Position numbers and translations under genes: made by a program. A stretch of DNA of 64,000 bases, taken from assembly GCA_973895155.1 (NCBI GenBank), contig OZ316898.1, positions 14,104,330 through 14,168,329 on the forward strand, written 5' to 3'. Each line of letters begins with the position of its first letter. Within the stretch, counting starts at the first letter, position 1. Below the pieces are notes generated by a model. The model ran no database searches. It had not been told where the DNA came from and saw only the letters and a list, made by a program, of their open reading frames with translations. Source of the DNA: Marsupella aquatica (Eukaryota; Plantae; Marchantiophyta). Of this stretch, positions 26,911 to 36,520 are shown one piece after another.

Positions 26911-29900
26911 ATGGATGCAATCCCCTCCTCGTCGAGGGGGTATAGTGTGGTTGGGGATCAGGATCGTGGGTATTGCGAGTCTTCTAAGTCTTCATTCTCT
27001 GGTTCAGTGTATATGCGTCGAGTAACGAGGTCCACCGCATCGCTTATTCCAATCTCAAGTATTTTGTTTGCCAAACCAGCGAGAAAGAAGATGGAGAATC
27101 TTGACACATTTGCGATTCAAGATGTTTCGTTTTCCGAGACGGATCTTATTTCAAAACATGTCATGTCGTTTGGGAAGGATTTCAGAGGGTTTGACAAAGA
27201 GCCTCCACGAATTCCACTATGTCGATTGGTGCATATGGAGGTTGTCCGAACTCTACAGAAAGACAGTTCTTCCATCGACAAGCTAAAAGACTCTTTCCGT
27301 AGCATGGGATACAATTCTTCAATTGGAATGAGGTTTTACGTTCAGCCTACCGATGCCGAGGGAGCGCTTCTCACCTGTACTCAAGAAATTCGTGAGAGTT
27401 GGGATCCAATATGGACATCTGAGAACGAGAAATTCGAGGAAGAATGTGCTGCCGACCCAGATTTTCTAGTTTTGAAAGACAGAATGTTCTCAGTTTTTGA
27501 CGGGAACCATAGGCTTTACTCGTGGACTCTTGTCACTCAAGAGAGTCCCAAAAACCCAAAGTACCACCCGCGTGTGCTTTGTACTGTTTTTAATGGCGAC
27601 AAGGGTTCTCTGATAGAAATTGAAGCGGCTATGCACACCGTTAACCAGTAAGATACCCTTTTGTGTAGAACTTCGTGAGTCATTATGAATTGTTCATTCT
27701 TTCTAGCATAACTTTTCGAGGCAATTTTTTGCTAGCGCCCGACGCTGCTTATATGTTCTCATTTCGTTCTTTTATTTCAGGCTAGGACAAGCAGTTGTGG
27801 AACCCTCCTGGATCCTAGATGTCGATCGAATTAAGCGGGTCTTGATGCACGACCTGGAGTACTATAGTAAGCTCATCGACCCTGCAAATTACAAGAAGTT
27901 TGAGCAGATCAGGGTGAAGACGCGAAAAGGATCCTGGTACACAAAGAAGATGCCTCAGGAGGCTCTTTTGTACATTCTATGTCAGGATAAGATTAAGTCA
28001 TATTCGAATCAGTTCAAGATTGACATGGAGTCCGCTGCGACCCTCGGTACCCCTTGGTCGGTCGAGGAGGTTTCCAGAAGGCATGCCATTATGATGAAGG
28101 AAGCAACCAAGGAATGGGCAGTTAAGACCTCGAAAATCACTCCTTTGTTGAGTCCAGAGTTTGAGGACTTTCTATCTATGTGCGCAGAGATGTATGCTGT
28201 CACAGAGAGGAATAAGCGAGAGAAGAAACCAGATACCGTGTTGTGTACCATGGACCGGGCCAGGCTTTTTACAGCTGTTTCGGCTCTTGACGCCAAGCTA
28301 CGAAGTACTTTGCTTGTAGCACATTGCAATCCGGAGCTCCGGAGACAATTCTTCCATCCGAATAGCGTCAATGATGATCCAGTCAAACAGTGGTATCACA
28401 CTTGGATTACATGGAATAATGTAGAAGGGATTGCGATGGTGATGTTGCAATGTGCTCTACGAGAGGTCCAACAAACCATTCCCATGAATCGCTTACAAGA
28501 TTGGGCATGTGAATCATTCGAATCTCTCATTGAAATAGTTACGAATGATTTTAGGAAATACGGTGACTCTGTCAAGGGTAAGTTTTTTAATACAATGTGG
28601 CCCTCGAAGTATCCTGACAAAGAGGATTATTCTTTGAAGAACCAGAAGCGAGCAAAACGGTATCTCTACCATTTTTACATCCACATGGAGGCTACCAATC
28701 CTGATTACTTCTGGGCGTATCCCGCAGCCTTCCTCAAGTGGACAGTCATACCGGAGAGTAATTCTTTAGTTGAATTGTATTCTATGTATCCTACCAAGGG
28801 AATTTTCCCAGCAAGACCTTTGAGTGAATGGGAGAGAACCCATTGTCCATGGTACCTGGATACAGACAGATGGGACTCTCCCTTTGATCACAGAGAAAAG
28901 GATGCTTTCCATAAGCTGTCTAAGTCCCAGATTCCAGTCAACGTTGTTTCTGACATGAAGCAGGGGCTTTTGGATGATGTGGATCAATCCACAATAGAAT
29001 TGCAAACAATATGCGAGACAACAATTGTTCATGTTGACCGAAGCAGGAAGTCTCCCGCCAAAGCAAAAGCAGATACTACGGCTCCAAGTGAATCAACAAG
29101 ATCTGGGAAAAAACGTAAGTATAATTTGTTTCCTTTGGTTAGCGCCCGGCGCTGCTCTGGCAGTCAATATCTGTCAATATCATTTGGTTAGCGCCCGGCG
29201 CTGCTTATGTCAAAATCTGTTACATTGTTAGCGCCTGGCGCTGTTATGAGAGTCATTGTTTTAGAAACAGAATTGGTATTTATTACTCGGAAAGATGTAT
29301 ATTTAAGGCCAAGTCTTATGATAGTTTGGCCAGCGCTGGGCGTTAGCATTGTCGTTGTCTCTTTATTGATGGATATCACATCGACATCCATTTGAACAGG
29401 AAGAAAGTCGGACGGCGTGGGGAGCGGAGATACAAAGATAGATGCCACCCCAGAGGCTTCAGAAGCCAATACCGGAGCACCATCCGATCCAATTACTCCC
29501 ACCGACAAAGGGAAGGCGATCGCTCCAGTGGATGCTACCAGTACAAGGAAGAAGAGAAAAAGGACCATTGAAGGTGGATCTTCTTCTCGAGAAAGTGCTG
29601 CTGCTGTAGGTCTTCAACGCGAAGTCGGGGACTTCAAGAGTAGACTTTCAAGGCATTGCCTTGTTGAATCTAGCATCTCAGAATTCTACGACTCAACGTT
29701 TAACAAAGGGGAGAAGCCTGACTGGGTGAATGGTGTAGAGAAGTGGGGAAAGGATCTCATGAAGTCTGGCTTTCGAGAGAAGGGCGTTGTGCGTGGTGGA
29801 AAGGAGAGATCGTTTAGGGTCCACACGGGTTTCATTTACCTTCCAACAGGACTTAAACCATCTCTGCTAGACAGAAAAGTTCCTAAATGGAATGTCCCTG

Positions 29901-30759
29901 ACCACACTTTGGCCACATCTTTCTTTCGTGGAATGGACCCATTTTTATCTGATAACGGAATGTTGGCCATTTTACATAACGGGGAATACGATCCTTTGTC
30001 TCAGGTTATATCGGCTTGTCAAGATTCAAAGAAGTTTCATTGCATCTCGTCACACAATGTTGTCATGTCAGTTCCAATGTATGCGCCGAAGACTGATCGA
30101 CAGGTAAATTTCTCATCGTGACATCTGGTTTTCCGTTAAATTTTTTTCTACAAATGCATCCATTGACATACCTTGCTTGGGTTATATTACAGATCTTCAC
30201 GCTGAGGCTGGACGTCTTCTCTCGACTGTCTAAAAAAGGGAAGGTGCCAAAAGACTCGAGGTTTAGACCTCTGTCTGCCACCGAAGATCCCTCAATAACA
30301 AATTTAATTGGACTTCCCTCTCTCAAAGTCGATCCAACACTTGAGATGGAATTTGCTGGAAATGCCCGATTGTCTGTTGGATTCATGCAATCTGTGATTG
30401 AGCTCATCACTCGTCTGAGGGATATTTTCATGGATTGGACAGTGGGGTCATGCAGCTCTTTTGTAGCTGGAGACTATTCTGGGAGGTTTGTAATTGGAGT
30501 GGAGAATAGGAAACATTTTGTTGAGACTGGTTCCAAGGTGTTCTTAGATCTACTTTCTCCAAAGGAAGTTGAAACTTTGCCACCCCCAATTCAGCCACCC
30601 GAAAAGAAAAAGAGGGACAAGCTCCGTTCTGTACTCAATTTTGACTCTGACGATGAGTCAAGTGGTGGTACAGTAGACAAAGATGAAGATGGCACACCTG
30701 AGGGGAAGGGTCAGGAACAATCCGCTGGCCAGAGTGACAGTGATGACTCTTCCGAGTAA
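26911..30759 (+). CDS. 1113-aa transposon passenger protein: ParB/Srx-like N-terminal domain plus degenerate beta-class N4-C/N6-A DNA methyltransferase-like C-terminal domain
   Basis: Exons 26911-27647, 27781-29114, 29400-30103, 30193-30759; all introns GT-AG and in phase; 3342 nt open. ParB-like: RIPLCRLV..VVR...IDKLKDSF..MGY...FYV...FSVFDGNHRLYSW. MTase-like: FIYLPTGL (motif IV position) ...FLSDNGMLAILH... LSVGFMQSVIELITRLRDIFMDWTVGSCSSFVAGDYSGRFVIGVE (motifs X-I-II). Confidence 0.78.
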
Positions 30760-30802
30760 TGTTTTGAAACTCGTAAGCTTCTTTCTCCTTTCCAGTTCCT
30801 TC

Positions 30803-31156
30803 ATGGCTTTGTGATATCCATTCATACAATCGGTTGACGAACTTCTGTTCTCACCCAGGTCCGAATGGAATACGAGAAGACGCTTCAAACTCAGAAGAAA
30901 GGTAGCTCGTTTTGAAATTGTCACTCCGGAGAAACCATTTGTGTTACCCTCTTACGCTGAGAATGTTGCAAGAATGGAAGACAATCAGAGGACTCTTTGT
31001 TGGGAAAACAAAGGTCTCCGACTACGAAGAGGAGTTGATAGGAAATTTGTCCGAAATCCTTATGTAGACAACGTTTGTAGGAGCAAGTATGTAGATGATG
31101 AGGCGGTCTCTACCGAGAGGTCACAGAGCTCCGAATCGGAATCGTCCGATTCTTAA
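30803..31156 (+). pseudogene. Small ORF inside the MULE (~117 codons), interrupted by TGA at codon 4
   Basis: ATG GCT TTG TGA at 30803, then open in the same frame to 31156; acidic/Ser-rich end (SKYVDDEAVSTERSQSSESESSDS). Confidence 0.35.
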
Positions 31157-31572
31157 AGAGTTTTTTTGGCTTACATTTTACCAGCGCCGGGCGCTGTTAT
31201 CTTAATCCATTTATTTATCATATTACATATGATTTGTTTACATTACATTGATAATAAAATGGATTAAATTCATTATTTCCCTTACTAGCGCCGGGCGCTC
31301 CCCAAACGTCTATTTTTCTACTTGCGAATTTTGAATCCTCCGTCCGTTCCTTGGCCCCACATATTTTGTCACTCTCGGAACAGTCGTCTCTTTCTCAACG
31401 GTCCTTTTTGCGTTGAACCTTTCTATGATACGTTTTTTAGGATCTCCGAACCTAAACTCTCGATTGGGTCGCTGTTGCAAGGTATTTCGAACACAACCTC
31501 TCTCGAAGTCGAGTCTTTTCAACACCACCGGTCTTGTCATTAGCTTCGATTGCGTTTACCAGTGCCTACCAG

Positions 31573-32043
31573 ATGGAGAAGAAGGAGATCATGTCTTTGG
31601 AGGAGATGCTTGCCTTCTTTGCTCCTTCCAGAGTTCGACCGGACGAGAGTCACTTTAGCTCCTTCGAGTCCATTCATGGTGACACATCCAGCGAGACCTC
31701 GACCTTCCGAAATTGTTTTTCTCTTCCTTATGATGAGGCGATTAGTCCCGGGGAGAGGAACTTACCTTGGATTAATGACCGGGACACTCCGCTCGTAGTT
31801 GTTGATCATTTTTTGTTTCATTCTCTCGTTCCTGCTGATGGTATTCAGCCTATTGAGCTACGAGTACAAGAGCGACTGGGACGTGTTGACTTCCTAGATA
31901 CAAATGTTCCAGACCCCGGGAATCAGAGTTCGGAGTTTTGGCGCCCCTCGTCTTCTTATGTGCGTCTCAGGGGTCTAGGTTTCAAGCAAAACCACAGACG
32001 TGCCAGGGCGGGCATCGACGACGACTGCCAGTCGCAGAGCTAA
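31573..32043 (+). CDS. Hypothetical ~156-aa protein inside the MULE
   Basis: Open frame from MEKKEIMSLEEML to a stop at 32043, lying between palindrome clusters; no recognised domain. Confidence 0.35.
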   Translation: MEKKEIMSLEEMLAFFAPSRVRPDESHFSSFESIHGDTSSETSTFRNCFSLPYDEAISPGERNLPWINDRDTPLVVVDHFLFHSLVPADGIQPIELRVQERLGRVDFLDTNVPDPGNQSSEFWRPSSSYVRLRGLGFKQNHRRARAGIDDDCQSQS

Positions 32044-35000
32044 AGTTAATCACGACGGAGATGGTTTCAGTGACACAAGCTTCAGTGGCCATAGCCTTTC
32101 CATTTAAGCTAGTGCCGAGCGCTGCTTTTGTTCGTCTTGGACCGTGGGATTTCTTCTATGGGTGATTCTAAGTTCATGTATTTCCGGCTCCATCTTTGGC
32201 CCATTTTGGATCAGCGGCCCTGTTATGTGCGGCTCAGGTCGAGATAAAGCCCATACGGGCCAGGGCGGGCTACATTTAAGATAGCTAGATTTTAGCTAGC
32301 ACCGAGCGCTGCTTATGTTCATGTTTTGCCGTGGGTTGATTTGAAGATGATCTGCGGATGGTGTAATACCGGTTATATGTTTTGACCAATTTTGGAATTA
32401 AGGAATGCACTTTTGGATCGGCTCTCTTGTTCTTTCATGGTCATTCATTGATTCCTAGATTTGAGCTAGCGCCAAGCGCTGCCTATGGTCATTGTGTTCC
32501 GTGTTTAGACGTTGATTTCTTGAGGTCCGACATTTAATGTAGCGGCCATCGCTGAAAATATTCAACGTCTGCCATTGCCTCTGTTTGTTGGAAATGCTTC
32601 AAATTGAGTTTCCTGTGTTCACTTCTCGATTGATGTGACGGACAATCTCTTCCAGCATACTAGCGCTGGGCGCTGCTAATATCCGCATGTTTTGGCAACG
32701 CCTTTTTCTATTGGTCGTTAAGTTTACTGTTCTCTTCTCGATTGACGTTACGTAGAATCTCCATCTTTTTCATTATTTTATGAATACCTAAATTTTGCCC
32801 TTCCCTGCCGACATACTACCGTTGTGCGCTGGCCATCACCGGTTTTCGGCAACACCTTTATTCTAATGGCCCCTACTTTCCTTGACAATTGGATGGTGGT
32901 ATTGAAAACGACTGAAAATGGGGTTTATTGATGGGTTTTTTTTTACTTCTTGACCAAATAATGGAGCTCAATCCCATGTTCTTTTTTCCATTTCTCCTAG
33001 TAACAGTAACTGTTTGCTGTTACTGTTTCCTGGTTCCTGTCGTTTGTAAATACCCCCATAATTTGGATGACCTGGTGATCTGTGGAGAAAGTGTTTAATT
33101 AACAGTATTTTTTTAAGAGCTAGTAGGCAAGTTTATTATTTTGAATAATGTCAAGAATAATGTGCAACTAGTGGTCTCTAACTTGAGACCCATGTATGGT
33201 TTGGAAACCATCATCGATACTTACACATTATTCCATAAGTATGCCCAAAACCATCAGGTGCCAAGTAAGCCAAAGTGCAAAAACTAAGTGATGACATGAG
33301 GGTTTAAACAGTTGACCTCAAGGTCTTCAAGGTCAGTCCACTCAAGCTTGTTTGACGAGAACTCACCATAATACAAATACATCCAAAATTTGCCTGAGCT
33401 ATAAAGCTAGATAGAACAGTCACATAATTAGATGTAGTTCTTTAGAGAGAGAACGCTGGAGGCCGAGCTGGAGGATGACAAATGCATTTGGCACAATTAT
33501 CTACTTGGTCACTGTCAATCCTGCTTTGAATTGTCCAATTATAGTAGCCCAATGCAGCCATAGTGGAAATTTGAACAAATAGGAGTAATATCTTGAGTTA
33601 TAAATGACTGGTTAAAGTACTTAGCGGTCAATCATCTTTTAGCAAAGAACTATATTTCCACACTTTTTCCTAGCCAGATCTAGGCAATTTCTTTGATAAC
33701 ATATTAAGCAGAGGGAAGTTAACTTCCAACAACTTCTCTAAATATTGATGGAGCTCTAAGGATCGGCTCAGCCCTTAATTAAGACCGGGGAGTCTAAAAA
33801 GCTGAAGCACTCTAATTCATGTATTTCGATTTCATCACCTGCGCGCACAGTGGAGTTTGAAAATAAATTAAGCTGGATCTTTTGTCAAATCATGAACTTC
33901 AAAAAACAATTGAGGAACTGATCAAGGATTTTAACTATCGTAATCATATATATATTGGCATATTGACTGCGCATTTTGTTGCTCACACGGCTTGGTACTA
34001 CCAAAAATTCTAGTAGTTGGCGTTTTTTATTCTACTTTCCCTATACCATTGGAAGCCCCGTTGAAGGGCAACGCTGGATGGCAAGATAGATCTCTCTGCA
34101 TGTTGTTATGTATTCCTCTTGGCACATGCAACAAGTATGGAGTAGTTTGAACGTCAGTCACCTAAATTGTCCTCCAGCTATATATTAAGGGAGGGCATCA
34201 ATCATTATCACAAGTCTTGTAAGAAGTGGATGTCTACAGCACACATGACAGACTTCTGGCATCAGTGCGACGGTGATATGCAATATACGGGCCCTGAATG
34301 TCCATACTTCTTTAAATGTGAATAGACATGAGGACAAAATCATCATGCATGCTCATCCATCTTTTCTTACTTACATAATATCCCGTCATTCTTGCCATGC
34401 ACATAACTTTGGTGGGGCCCTAAGTAAGGGTGATAGATTCTGTTTGGCCCTAAGTAAATAAGGTTATATATATGAGTGCGGCCTTTGACACACCCACCAG
34501 CGTACTTGGAAAAAGTACTTTCTGTCAACAAAAAGTGAGATATATAGATGAACAGCCTAATTGGTCTCCAGTGGTTTTCAAAACTCACCGCACACAGTGG
34601 AGAGATCGAGCTAGCTGTTGATCAAACTCATCCTACACAAGAAGTGCAGCAGCGAAATTAAGAGCATGTCTACAAGGTCTTGAAATGAGTCCTTATAATC
34701 AATAATCATTGAATTATGCTAACATATATCATTGTTAAACCACTTTCCAAGGAAACTTAAGGAGAAAGCTTCTGGGAAAATGTACCGCAGCAAGCCCGTA
34801 CGCGGACTGATCAGAATCTTGAGCTTGTTCCAATTAACTGGTTTGGGAGTAACTTTTGACTGCTCGATCAACAGAACAGTATGTTTCACAAAGACCACCT
34901 TAGCTTTAATTTGAACTAGGGACTTTGATGAGAAGTACGGTGAAAGTGTCCTCAAAAGTTCTTTTGCTCTCCCAAGAGGTAAGTTTTATAAGGGATCGAC

Positions 35001-36520
35001 TCTAGCTTTCAAATTTGTGACATCGAGCCTGCCGTATTGTATGGAAGTCAGATGTCATAATAGGACATATATCTCTGTAGATCTGAAAATACTATATACA
35101 GTAGGTGAAGGCCTCTGTACAAAATAGCACGTACCACAAATTAAATAATGAAAGAAATAACGTTAATAATATCCGATACATGTATAAGGTAGAGGCCCGA
35201 GTCAAGGCGGACACGATTTCACTTCTTAGCTTCACCCACTCACTCTGCAGTACACCTTGAAACATCGATTGAGCTCAGGATTTGTCCAGGAATGATCTTT
35301 CCAGCCACCTCCTACCTGAGTGACTGGAGCGTTTACAAAAAGGGAAGTGGATATAACTATCTGAAGATCCGTAATCATCGCTGCTGATAATTCAATAGTA
35401 GCTGTGAAGTACATAACTAAGAACTTAATTGATTTTCGTCTTTAGTCCAAATTGTAGCGTATTTCCTGCCTATCCTGACCTCCATCATCTGGATTTTCAT
35501 GTATCACAAACTATCCAAAACAAGTTGGCTTTTCTCTTCAACGCGCGTACGTACTTGCATAGCTATTCCTTATCATGGAGCAAACAAAATGATGCATGCT
35601 GAACTACAAATAATGCAATACCTCTCACAATATGACTGAGAGTTATAGTGAAGCTAGCCTTTCGTCACACCCATGAGCCTCCAGCTTGAAAATCAAATAT
35701 ATGTAGTTGCTCTGAACAAACATTCTGACAAAACATATAGACGTACGTACTAACAACTAGTCTCCACCGTTTACTGCATTTCAAAATTCCCCCAGGTAAG
35801 GTGTGGAGAGAGCCAATTGAATCATCCAACACAAGAAATATAGAGAAATTAATAACATGTGTAGCAAAGTAGTGAAATGAGTAAAATCAATCATCCTTGA
35901 ATTATGCTCAAATTCGTCTTTCGTCATTGTAACACTTGTGTCCCCAGTGGAATCGTCATTGCACAACTACATATGACAAAAACAGTTCCTACGGAAAATT
36001 GTTCGTACGGAAATTAAGTTAAGGGAAAACTGTTCAGTCTTTAGCAAGCCAGTGGACTGATTAGTAGTTGCGCTTGGTCCAAGTACTTGTTTCGATCAAG
36101 ACGTACCTGCGAAATAGACATAGCACAACGGTTTCACTCAGACCAATCTAGTTTTAAAACCTAGTGGCTATCATGAGAACGACACGTACTAGTAGTGGAT
36201 CCTCAAAAGTCTCTTCCTCTCCGAAAGGTTTCAGCTTGATGGGATAGATGGAGCCTGTGGTACTCTACATATGGAAGCCAAATATCACAGTGGGATTCTA
36301 TAGATCTGGAAATACTAGTTGAAGGGAACTAAAGAAAATAGCACACATACTATTCATTAATTGGTTTTCCTCGATAGTCCTAATTGTAACGTATTTCCTG
36401 TCTATATATCCTGACCTCCGATCCATTATCTGGATCCTCATGAATGATAGTAGCACGAAAGTTACCCTAAAAGAGCTGGCGTTCGATCACTTCAGCTTGA
36501 TGAGCTTGAGCGTTGAGAAT

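Larger units (their letters stand above)
21970..32675. repeat. ~21 dispersed 15-bp palindromes YAGCGCCNGGCGCTR confined to non-coding parts of the MULE
   Basis: Copies start at 21970, 22089, 23777, 23882, 23947, 26246, 26310, 26371, 26518, 26580, 27733, 29140, 29189, 29229, 29331, 31182, 31286, 32110, 32297, 32467, 32661. Confidence 0.92.
21442..33056. mobile_element. Mutator-like (MULE) DNA transposon, 11.6 kb, carrying a transposase and a ParB/MTase-like passenger gene
   Basis: Flanked by direct repeat CATAATTT (21434-21441 and 33057-33064; could be read as 9-10 bp). Imperfect TIRs: GGGGTATAGCAGTGGAGACAGGAAACAGGAAACAGT versus reverse complement of right end GGGGTATTTACAAACGACAGGAACCAGGAAACAGT. 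Contains a MULE-type transposase. Confidence 0.88.

Noticed and set aside
26911-30759. Bacterial contamination or prophage as the source of the ParB/MTase-like gene
   Set aside because: Three in-phase spliceosomal introns, and location inside a TSD-bounded element among plant repeats.
21970-32675. Palindromes as CRISPR repeats or independent MITEs
   Set aside because: Only 15 bp, irregularly spaced, no TSDs, and interleaved with exons.
21442-33056. Zisupton/KDZ or hAT assignment from the 8-bp TSD and SWIM finger
   Set aside because: The catalytic core shows MULE-type motifs (FD, FMAD..A...AV..VF, xxFH, ESxH); no hAT dimerisation or KDZ motifs recognised.
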